Under the pieces are notes generated by a model, which searched no databases, was not told the origin of the DNA, and worked only from the letters and a program-made list of their open reading frames with translations. Position numbers and translations under genes: made by a program. DNA of 64,000 nucleotides from Geosiphon pyriformis uo1 (Eukaryota > Fungi > Glomeromycota): assembly GCA_016748015.1 (NCBI GenBank), contig JAAOMT010000484.1, positions 195,443-259,442 of the forward strand. Direction: 5' to 3'. Positions 37,429 through 48,991 of the stretch are shown in pieces; the first letter of the stretch is position 1; every line of letters begins with the position of its first letter.

Positions 37429-38966
37429 ATGGGTGATTACTTATATCTGCCACAGCAATCAGAAAAACACTTTGCAGCACACAACAAAAACAACCAAAGT
37501 TTCATTGAACTTAATCCTCTGCCCTTCTGCTTGATCTGCTTCCCTCTTGAAGAACAATTCAGTAGACAATTCCAAGACTTTTGGAACTGGTTCCTGAACG
37601 AGTATTCAGCTGAAACCTACACAGCTTATACAACCTATTACTTTGACCAAGCTTATTTTGAAAACGACTTTGAAGAAAGAAACAACAGTATCAATCAGCT
37701 CTTATATTCTGCAACCTTTGAACAACAGCCCTCTGATTTCGAATATCTGAATCATCAAATCCATATTTGAATTGCTGCCCATCAAGCAACTGAAACTCCC
37801 TTTAAAACAAAAGAAGAAAGCTATCAAACTGCTTCTGTTTTTGATCTTTTATCAAGCGAATCAGACTCATCTACACAAACAGTTATCCCTGAACCAATGG
37901 CTAATGACCCCATGCAAGCAAACATTCTGGCTGCTCTCCAAGGTATACAAACTGCTCTAGGGCAAAGAAACAACACCCCAATACCATTATTTAGAGGTGA
38001 TGCACAAAATCCAATTGAATGGTTGGATGACTTTGAAAGAGCTGCTACAGCCAATCAATATGACGATAAGTACAAGTTCCAAATTGTCAGTGGCTACCTT
38101 CAAGGATCCCCTGCTACCTGGTTCTCACAAGAAACAGATGCCAATGCCCAGCAAAGAATCGTTAAATAGACACCAGCAAATGTAAGAGAAATCAACACTC
38201 TTTCACTATTCAGTTTGAAAACAAGTTCAAAACCCCAATATTAATATCAAAATGGCATATGGAATTGGAAAGAAGAACCCAAGGTCCCAGTAAAATTGTA
38301 ACTGAATACGCCAAAGCAATCAGAAAGTTAATCAAATGAGTAGACACTGGAAGAAATTGGACAAAAGAGCAGAAAATTCACTCCTTCACAAAAGAATTGA
38401 GAACTGATCTATCATATGCTCTTTGGCCTCTCCTGGTCTTGAAAGATAATCCCACCATGGATATGGTCATTGAATTAGCACAAAGAATTGAAGATAACCA
38501 AAGGATGCACTTGGAATCTACACTACCAGTTTTTGCTCCTGTTCCTGTCATGGCTCCTGCCTCTTAAATGGCTGCTACTTCTTTTGTCATTCATACTCAA
38601 GATCCAAATAAACAGTTAATAGACAGACTTACAGCAAATCTTGCCTGGTTATTAGAACTCTTAGCCCAAGCAGTCAGAGAAAATCAGCAACCACAAAGAC
38701 CCAGATTTGAACCACGCTTTAATCAGCCCCAGCAACCATTTTATCAAAGACAACAAAATTGTGGCCCACCTGTATGCTATCACTGTGGATTAACTGAACA
38801 CTTTTCAAGAGATTGCAACAATCCTCCACTGCCTCTACCAGTTCCCAGAAACAATGATGCTCAGAACAACAGGATCAACAACAACAATGTGCCCAACCAA
38901 AGACCCAATCATGCCAACATCAATTTCTTTGGAGAGGATCCCCTAGTTGAAGCCACTGTTTATTAG
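37429..38966 (+). pseudogene. A2 gag (N-terminal extension, capsid-like core, CCHC knuckle)
   Basis: 37429 and 37897 ORFs share a frame across one TGA; NPIEWLDDFERAA; CYHCGLTEHFSRDC. Confidence 0.88.
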
Positions 38967-38968
38967 CC

Positions 38969-39011
38969 TTTAAACTGGTAGGCGCACCTCCAAAAGGTGA
39001 GAGTGCAAGCC
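38969..39011 (+). other. Candidate -1 ribosomal frameshift signal (U UUA AAC, 5-nt spacer, stem-loop)
   Basis: Heptamer is in gag register and a -1 slip enters the pol frame; GGC-GCAC-CTC pairs with GAG-A-GTGC-AA-GCC; heptamer conserved in A1 at 10869-10875. Confidence 0.6.
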
Positions 39012-41662
39012 AACCAGAAGAAAACCCCTTTTACGCTTTTAACTTAACTGATGATAACCATAACATAGATAAATTAGCAATCAACCCCTCTGAATCCACA
39101 AGAAAGAAGAAGAAAGCCAAAGTTAATTTCGTTCTGGACCTCAATAAAGCTTCCACATCAACTGCTGACAACAATGAACCCCCAAAAGCCAAAGTTTTCA
39201 AGAACCCTCCAAAGTTGGAACCCCCAGAAATAGTACAAAAATCTGGTCCCTATTCTGTTGTCAAAGACCTTATGGAAACCCCAGCACATATAACCTTTGG
39301 CCAATTGATGACCCATCCACAATTCAAAAAAGATCTTCGCAAATCCCTGATTCCAAAAAAAAAGACACCCAAAACTAACAAACGCCCTCACCAAGCTAGA
39401 CTTGTTGACAATAACAATGTCACTCCTCTAATTTGTAAAGCCCAAGTGGCTGGCTACTTTATCAATTTGATCCTAGACAGTGGATCATCTGTTAGTGTTA
39501 TTGCCAAACACTTTCTTGAAGCAATTGGCAGAAAAATTGATGAATCATCTACACGACCAATGACCAATATGCATGGTAATAAAAAGAAAGGGCTTGGCAT
39601 AGCCAAAGCTATTCCTGTCCACATCAATGGCATCAGCATTGAAACTGATATGAAAGTGTCTAAAGCAAAAGAATACACCATCATTGTTGACAATAAATGG
39701 CTCAAGAAAGCAAAAGCTTTGCTTGATTATGAACTCTGTGAACTAACCATCAAATGTGGTGAGAAACCCATTGTGGTTAAGTGTTGCTATTGGACAACTC
39801 CCCCAGTACTCAAGCAGAGCCCAGAAGAAAATAAATCAGATGAATCAGATAATGAAGAAAGTGAAGAAAAAAAAGAACAAGAAGAACAAGAAGAATCTGC
39901 TGAATTCGCCTATACCATCTTCACTAGTAATGGCAAACCACTGGATAATGTCAAGACAGATAAAGAAGGAATTATTGTCAATGGCAAGCTGATCTGCTGG
40001 CCTTATTATGACATGCTCAGAAGAATCTTTAACAGAAAGCCAGACAAGAAAGCCAAATACAGTTATTGGTGGCATGGTCCTTGTGCCTGGTGCTGGTGCG
40101 ACAAATCATTGTATTCTCCTAGCAATGAATACATGTTCTGCCTGATCTATTACAAAGATTGGGAACCAATCAGCTTGATACCCTGAGAGGAAATAAAAGA
40201 AGTCCAAAAGTCCTTTGAAAACGAACCACTTGAAATCCAATCACTGGTTGTAGAACAAAGAGAACCCTTTCCAGAAGAAAGAAAAGTAGACATTGAAAAC
40301 CTGCTGGCTAGAAACAGCCCAGTTATTTCAAAAGAAGGTGAACCTCCTGGACATACATATGTGATACAACACACCATCATCACCAGAGAAACTTGTCCCA
40401 TCCATTTGAAGCCCTATCAATCCAACCAGCACAATGATGAGTTTATAAAAAAGGAAATAACCCAAATGAAAAACCTTGGATTCATACAGGAAACCAAGAG
40501 TGAATGGACATTCCCAGTTGTAGTGGTATCTAAGAAAGGAAGAACCCTACACTTTTGTGTTGACTATTACCAATTAAATGCTATTACTGAAAAAAACATG
40601 TACCCACTTTCTAAGATTGATGCAATGCTAAACCAATTCCATGGTGCTGCTTTCTTCTTAACTATTGACTTAACTGCTGGATTTTGGCAAGTAGAGATAG
40701 ATCCAGAAAGCAGAAAAAAAACTGCCTTCATTACCAAGTATGACACCTACGAATTCACAGTTATGTCTTTTGGTCTCACAAATACTCCTTTTACCTTTCA
40801 ACACTTAATGGACAAAGTATTTGAATCAGTAAAAGAAAACTTTGTTCTAGTCTACTTGGACGACATAATGGTATACTCAAAAACCTGGGATGAACACCTT
40901 CAACATTTGCAAAAGGTTTTTGACCTCCTTAGAAATGCTGGCCTCAAGATCAATCCAATCAAATCATTCTTTGGACATCAATCCACCCAGTTCCTTGGCT
41001 ATCTTATTACAAAAGATGGAATCTTCCCTGATCCAGCCAAAATTGAAAAAGTTCAAAACATTAGACAACCAATGAATGTTCATGAACTACGCTTTTTTCT
41101 TGGTTTGGCCTCTTATTATTGCAAATTTGTCAAGGATTTCTCCAAAATTGCCACTCCTCTCAATCAGCTACTTAGAAAAAACATCAATTATCACTGGGGC
41201 ACTCATCAACAAAAAGCATTTGAAATTCTGAAGGAAAAACTGGTTACAGAACCCATCCTCATGCAACCTAATCTGAATTGACTTTTTATCCTCTATACTA
41301 ATACATCTGGCTATGAACTTGGTGCTGTTCTTTCCCAGAAAGACGAAAATGGCAGGGAACATGCTGTAGCATATGTCAGTAGAACTTTCACACCAGCAGA
41401 AAGGAACTACTCAGTCACTGAGCAAGAATGCTTAGCAGTAGTTTGGGCTACCAGCTACTGGGACAAATATCTTAAGGGTGTGAAATTTTTGGTGATAACA
41501 GATTACCAAGCTTTGGTTTGGCTATGCAACAAAAAAAACCTAGAACATAAATGGATAACTCGCTAGATACTCCACTTGGATGAATTTGACTATAACATTC
41601 AACACCACAAAGGAGCTAATCATCAAAATGCCGACGCTCTCTCCAAACTTACTATTCAGTGA
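38969..41662 (+). pseudogene. A2 pol: PR - Cys/Trp domain - RT - RNase H
   Basis: LILDSGSSVS; VYLDDIMV; NYSVTEQECLAVV; HQNADALSKLTIQ followed by TGA TAG TAA. Confidence 0.93.
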
Positions 41663-41727
41663 TAGTAAAACCCTCTCAAACCAAACCAACTTAATTATTT
41701 GTAACTCCTCCACAAACAAACACGATA

Positions 41728-43041
41728 ATGGACTTGGACAACTACTCTGCCTTAATGGAATTTTTAAGTAAAGGACAATACCCACCGGACTATACTCGAC
41801 AGCAAAGAGAACATTTGCACAAACAATCAAATTTCTATTTGATTCGCCAGAACCAGTTATATAAAAGAAATAGAAAAGATCCTGACTGCCCCCAAAAAGT
41901 CATTAGATTTGAAGAAAGAGAAATTGTGATCTATAATATGCATACTGATCCATTAGCTGGACACTTTGGAAAAACAAAAATGATTCAGAAAACTTTAGCT
42001 CACTATTATTGGCCTACCTTGGGAAAAAACATTGCTGAATACATCAAAACCTGTGATACCTGCCAAAGAAGAGGAAAACCCAATCACAAAGAAGATATCC
42101 ATCTGATCTCTGTTGGTCAACCATTTAACAGAATTGGTATAGATGTTGTTGAACCTTTAACAATAACTTCTGATGGCAACAGATACATTATCACAGCTAC
42201 CGACTATCTTACAAAGTGGGTAAAAGCAAGAGCCACCCCAGATCAAACAGCAGTCTCAATTGCCAATTTTATTTATGAAGATATTATCTGTTGCTACAGC
42301 TGCTCCAAAGAACTTTTATCTGATAGAGGAAAAGCTTTTCTTAGTACACTGGTTGAAGAACTTTGCAGAAAAATAAGAATATGTCATAAACTCTCTTCCC
42401 CTTATTACCCCTAAACAAATGGCCTAGTGGAACGTTTCAATAGAACACTATGTGAAACCCTAGCCAAAACCAGTGAAGAAACCAACTTATGAGACAAAGT
42501 ATTGCCTTCAGCTTTGTTTGCCTACAGAAATGTGAATCATGACATAACAAGTTATGAACCCTTTTATCTGCTCTATAGATGAATGGCAACTTTATTAATA
42601 GAAACAGATATAGAAACAATACTTTTTAAAGAAATAACAATAGGAGATTACAAGGACATTTTGCAAAGAAGACTTGGTACCATTCTTGACTCATTGGTAG
42701 AAGCATGGATAATTGCCTTTGAAAAGATAAAACAGTTCCAAGAGAAGCTCAAAAAGAAAAAAACCTATAAAACACTTTTCTTAAGTGTTGGTAACTTAGT
42801 TTTGGAATACCGTTCAGACAGAGACAATGTCTATGGTGATAAATTCTCTAGCTGCTGGAAAGGATCTTTTATAGTCAACAAAGTTTTGAACAATAGTTCA
42901 TATATCCTACAAGATCAATATGAAACAATATTTAGTGATCACTCTGTTCATGGCACGCAACTCAAGAAATATCACAAACGACCTGATTGGTTACCTGTTG
43001 TGGTAATACTGACCCAAATTATCAGCAAAAATCAGATATAA
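41728..43041 (+). pseudogene. A2 integrase, separate ORF
   Basis: MDLDNYSALMEFL...HTDPLAGHFG...CDTCQ...IDVV...SDRG...VERFN...SVGNLVL. Confidence 0.92.
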
Positions 43042-43082
43042 ATAAATACATCATTCTCAAAACAGAGGTATCTTCAATTGAC

Positions 43083-43739
43083 ATGAACAATTATTTCCTG
43101 GATTAAAACATTCAAAACGCTTTCTATACTCTCCATGAGTACTGGATCAAGAACTATCCAAATGCTACTCTGACTATTGGAAAACAAACCATCATAACAG
43201 ACAACAGTGGAACTTATACTGTTATCAGATCAAAGAGAACAACTACCAGAAAGGAAAAAATTGGTGGCAAAATAGATAAATATCTGCTGAAAAGCATAAC
43301 AGCAGTGATACTTTCACCTTCCAGCACAATTGGAAAAACGATACAAGAAATCTTGCCTATAGACAAAAACTTGTCATATAGAAGACAACTAGAACTCTAT
43401 GGTTGTCTTGGTGAAATCATAGAAGACATGAAGCTTATGAAGAAAACAACTTCAGAGATACAAGTGGAAATTTTGGACATTATACGATTAGATGTCCCAA
43501 GAGTTTTGACCATTGCTAAAAGAGCCAGAACTCTTATACAAAGATTTGGTCTCTTAGATACAAAACTTATTTCATCTCAAGTATTATATACCTTATCCAC
43601 AAAAGATTTCAACAAACTAGTTAGTTTTAAATTAGACAAAACCCTTCACATAGACTATCTCATAAATAGCTTGATTTCACTGAAGCTCAATCTCTTTGGA
43701 AAGAATGATGTTATGGTTAAAACCCATAATTTTTATTAA
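43083..43739 (+). pseudogene. Family A ORF3 (~218 aa, unknown function), A2 copy
   Basis: One frame with a single CAA>TAA at 43104; stop lies ~30 nt inside the 3' LTR. Confidence 0.82.
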
Positions 43740-44374
43740 TTATTACATGTATTAGTCACTGATGTCATATAATTAGCCACTCTATTTTTAGATAGTGATC
43801 ATTGACCTGATCATTAACCTGATTATTGACCTAGTCGTTGACCTGGTCATTGACCACTTTCAATAGCTATATAAGCAATGAGTCTCTTAGCTGTAGAAAA
43901 TCATCTCTCAGACAAGAATCAAATAAATAAAAATAACAACTTTTATCTCAATCACTTTCTTATCACTAATTTCTCTTTTCTTACCTTCAAGTATCTGAAC
44001 ATCTTAGAATAAAAAATTACTTGTTGGCCTTTTTCTGTTTGAATAATTGTAGTATTTGAAGACTATTTATATAAACATAACTGAAGAGCACAAGTTGATA
44101 CCTGATATTGAATTCTAAGAGCGCCGATGTGAGACATAGAATTGTACCAGCAGTTATCAATTGTTAACAGTACGGACTATCTCTCTACCTTCAGATTCCC
44201 TTGTTACCTTTTGAAAAGAATAGAGACTGAGATATTTTATGAGACTGATCTTGCACATTGAATCCATACTCATTCAATTTGCTCATTGAATTTGAATCCC
44301 CTTTGATTATTTTCATCACCCTACAATCCTGTTTTTCTTTGCTATCCGTTAGCTTGTTACTCCAACCTGTAACA
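43709..44374 (+). repeat. 3' LTR of A2
   Basis: TGTTATGG...CCAACCTGTAACA; TATA-like CTATATAAG at ~43867; AATAAA at ~43922. Confidence 0.92.
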
Positions 44375-47300
44375 ATATTAAAGAACTTATTAGCAATATT
44401 TAAAATATACTGTGTAGAAGCTTGACTACTTTCAACCCAAATTATGTTATTAATAAAAGCATCAGCAGCAAAAAAGAAAGTTTTTTCTCCAACAGCTTCA
44501 ACTCTGCCAATTTTTGCCACAAACTGAATATCAATTCAGTATTTACACAAGTATTTATGTTTCTTAATTTTATACAAAAGTGGATCATAAAAAATCTTTC
44601 AAAAGAGTGAAAAAAAAACCTTATTCTGATTCAAACCATCATGTACCCTATAATCATTTGAAAATCCAAAATCTGTTATCACTCTGTTGATTCAATTTTC
44701 ATAAATGTTGCCAAAAAACTTAATAAACTGATTGTATATTTTAATATATTGCAAATTAGTCTCCAAATAATACCAGCTTACTGAGTTATAAGCTTTGTAC
44801 ATATTTTACAACACCAACTAAAACTTTCTATTTTTTTTTAAAGTATTCTTGACAACTGAACTAATAGTAAAAATAGAAAACTGAGTCAAAATACTCTTTA
44901 ATACTGAAAAGTTGTTACTGTAAAAAATGTCAAACTTGCTGTATGCTAGTAATATCTGATCAGAAAAAATCTTAGATAAGATTTTCTGAGCTGTTTTAAT
45001 TAGTACAATAGGTCTAATATTTGTTAAAACACTATTCTATTTATAAGACTTTGAGATTATTAAAACTCATACTTTTTTTTAAGGAATTAAACCATACTCA
45101 AAGTTAAACACAAATTCAATAATCTTAAAAAACAACTCAACACTTTTTTATCACAATGTTTCCAAAGTTCATTAAGTATTTCTAATAACCTACAAGTTTT
45201 ATTATTTAGCAATTTATTAACAATTACAGTCAATTTTTTTATATTAATTGCTTTTATTACACCAAAAAAAGCATTATTATTTACATAATCCAAAGACATA
45301 TATTGGTAAAACCAAAAATCAGGCATTTTTATAAACACCAATCACTTTCTTATCTACTCTTTTATAATATTGTCAACTCTGAGCTTTATCTTATCAGATT
45401 CTACTACTAGTTTATTTTCTGCTACTAAGTAATCCAAAACAATTTTGCAAAATAGTCTTTTTAAAATACTTTTTATTATTCATCTTTTGTCAAACAGAAA
45501 TTTTCAATGTATTATTTAATTGCCTTTTTAATAGCTATATCTTTAGATGTTTTTAATTTATAGTACTTAAATTTTCAATATTTTTTTATTATTATTAACA
45601 AATGCTTGACTAATTCAAATAAGTATACACTATTTTGAACCATGTCAATAACTGTAAATGTTTCAATATCATCAATAAACAACCAAACTTTAACAAAATG
45701 ATTGAATTCTAACAGATTTTTAGAATTCTATTTTTTTACAATTTTTGCAATAAGCAGTTCTAATTTAAAAATTTTGAAGATTATTTGTTTTTTAAACAAT
45801 TATATTTACTATATTAATGCCTAAAAAACATCATATTAGCAGCATATACTATGGTCTCTTTCAGTACCTCTTATATTGCATCCAAATTATTACAAATATA
45901 TGTTTTCTCAAACATATTTGAATTTGCCAACAACCTATTAGAAGATTGCTCTTTAAATTATACTTATTTTATATTATCTGCATTCTTTAACTTAAAATTT
46001 CACTAATTTTTATTAGCTTGTTTATAAACACTACCAAGATAAACATCCAAAAGACCACCTAAACCAATTAATACTAAGACCACTTTATAATCTGTATCAA
46101 AAAATTCTGCCATAATATTAACCTTATGACATGTTATTGAAGATGCTAAGTTTTTATTCACAAAAATAAAATCCAACACCTTTTTAATCTCCTTAAAATT
46201 GTCTTAAGTAGAAGTTTTAGCCAATAAATGTTTACTAAATGTATTAACCAGACTTAGAGCCAAACAAAACTTGAAACTTATACTTCTTTTGGAACTATTT
46301 CATTAAAATTACCACCCAAAACTACAAACAAACTAGAATTAACCACTTTAGAAATCATGAAATTGATATTAAAAGTTTGGCCAAACTGTGTACCAATAGA
46401 CACATCAGCATATAAATTCAGAATTGTAACTAAAAACTTGCTTTTAAACAAAAAATGTATTAAAATCAACCAATCTGGAATTTTATTCACCTTTAAAACA
46501 TGTTGAACTAAAGAATTATTCATAATTAGACAAGCAATAAAAGCTAAGCATTTGGCATAGATAATTGCCAATCTGCTTTTATTAGTGTTTAACAATGTTT
46601 TTTAAGAAAAAATACCAAAAGAGAAATTTTTATCTACAAAACAGTCCAATAATATATAATTTATATTTTCATACTTTACATATTTAACAAAATCCAAATA
46701 AAATCAATACAAATTAGTGTTTCTCAAAACTGGAATAGTTTTTATGATAGCATTAAGTAATTCAGCAAAGTCAAATAACAGCATATCTGGTTCAAGCATA
46801 CATAACTGGATGATAATTAATAATACATATCTTTTTACTTACTAATTTAATGTAGTCCCAAATATCATGTACATTTATTCTTATTGGTAAAGTATATAAT
46901 AGTGCTCTATGATTGTTTTTTGCATCTCATAATTTTTTGTTCTTATTAGCTTTAATAATACATATTGTATTTTTTTAATTAAAACAGACTATTTCATTAT
47001 GACCAAATTAGCATAATCTATTTTATCAAATTTAACCACAGCTTTTTGCCACAGCCCCATCAATTGTACTTTAATTGACTTAATCAATTTAAATTTAGAA
47101 AGCACAACACACATAGCCTTAGCTAAAGTACTAATTAGAATTTTTTTTAATATTACAGTCCAATCTGAATGCTTAGTAAATTTTTTGAAATTAGTGTTTA
47201 CCAGAATTTTTGCACTCTTAGATTTTTCAGTAATCTGTATTAAACTCAATTTGGAAGTGAAAGTTATCTTGATAATCCCAACAAATTTTGAAAGAGTAGA

Positions 47301-47970
47301 TGTCCTCCAAAACTATTGACTTTTGAAAATAACTTTTTAATTACTACAAGCTTTTTCTAAGATGACTTTCTAATAATATTATTTAGATTGATATCCAAAA
47401 CAAATAATTTTCTGACAATTACATTAATCTGATTTTTTAGCAATGGAGAGAAAACTACAGAAGCATTCAAAAAAATAATATTATATTATTATTATTCAAA
47501 AAATCAATTTTTTTTAAAGGTATACCCAAAGTTTTTTTGATTATTAATTTCAGTCCCTCTAATATTTGGCTGAGATTTTCTCTATCAAATACACTTTTTT
47601 TACCATAATCTATACTGGTTTTTTCTATCAAAAACTTTTCTTCCATATTAATACTATTAGATTTAATTGTATTACTAGCTTTAGAGCTCCAAGAATTCTC
47701 AACTACTTTTTTAGTAGAAACCACTTTCTAAGTAGTATTATCTTTTAAAGCATTTTTTTTTCTCTTTTTTCTAGAAACAACATCTTTGTTATTAGCACCA
47801 AAACCAAAATCTTTGACAGATTTCTTTATAATAGCAATACTACAACCAATAATGGTCTTATAATTAAGCAAAAATGGTTTGGATTTATTGTACTGAATAA
47901 TAAAAAACTTTTAACAGAAAATTCTTTGACTCTTTTTTGGAAATTTAAAATGAAGAAGAGAAAAAAGTTT
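44375..47970 (-). mobile_element. Second LINE family (LINE-b): 5' part only, strongly decayed, cut inside RT by the A2 LTR
   Basis: ORF1 RRM-like GLWQKAVVKF; EN VVLGGNFNE; RT FAADAFINNIIWV...TQYILNIANKFF; 5' end AAAACTTTTTTCTCTTC. Confidence 0.85.
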
Positions 47971-48991
47971 TTTGTATTGATCAAGTTTTACAAATTTTAA
48001 TTTAAACTTATTTAAATTTTAGTTTTAAACTGCTTTAAATTTATTTCAATTATTTGAATTTTAGTTTAAATTATTTAAAATTTTATTATTACATATTTTA
48101 AAATTTTGCATAATTTAATTATAATATTTTGTTATATTTGTAAATTTATGCAAATTATTATGTTAATTAGATATAAAATTAAACTATTATAATAATAAAA
48201 ATTGTTTAATTTAATTTAATTTGTAAAATAATAATAAATATTAAGTTAATAAAATTTAAAATAATTTTTAATTTAAATTCAATTGGTAATAATGTCTTAA
48301 AAAGTTTAATGTTTAATTTAATATAATTTAATTAGTTAAATTTGCTAATTACATATAAAAACAGACCACATTTATTATAAAACATACAAGTTGAATGTAA
48401 GTAAATAATAATTAAAAGCACTTTTTAAAACAAATTTTAAAAAATGGCATTAAATAATTTTTTTAGATATCATATATAATAATTTCTTTTTTAAATGTGT
48501 CGAAAATTTATTTATTTGGTAAAACAACATGTTATAAAAACATTTTATAAAAACAACTCTCAAATTTTAAAAGTCACATAACGCCATCAACAATTTACTG
48601 ATTTGGAGGATAATTTTCAGCAGTAAAAACATGACTGATTTTTTATAATCCTGTAAAGCTGGTTTGACAATATATCCAAACAATCAGGCAGTAAATTATC
48701 CTGTACCTGACCTCTTTATTATAAAGACGACTGTGAAATCAAGTGACGCGAAAAGGAGAATGACTAATAGGAAAATGGCATTTTGAAAAATTAAACATGA
48801 AAATGATCCCAAGAGAAAAATAAACTGGCGGTGAAATATGTATATTTGATTCAAAAAATTTACAAAAAAATTACAAAATAGAGCTCCCTGCTTTGTCTGT
48901 GAACTTACAAGACCTCGGCAGCCCAAATCTTTAGGTTTATTAAATTGATATATTATATCAAATGTTTTTATGCAAGTGTTAAATCTTCGCC

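Larger units (their letters stand above)
36639..44374 (+). mobile_element. Ty3/Gypsy family A copy A2 (least decayed, probably recombinant)
   Basis: LTRs 36639-37376 and 43709-44374, PBS 37383-37392, PPT ~43698-43708, full internal gene order. Confidence 0.93.

Noticed and set aside
42583-43041. Chromodomain at the integrase C-terminus
   Set aside because: Only the GPY/F-like SH3 module is visible; no chromodomain signature follows.
7-43300. Alternative genetic code (TGA/TAG read as sense)
   Set aside because: Most internal stops differ between copies and derive from TGG, CGA or CAR by transition; the host genes use the standard code.
43083-43739. ORF3 as a retroviral-type env
   Set aside because: Too short, with no signal peptide or transmembrane helix evident.
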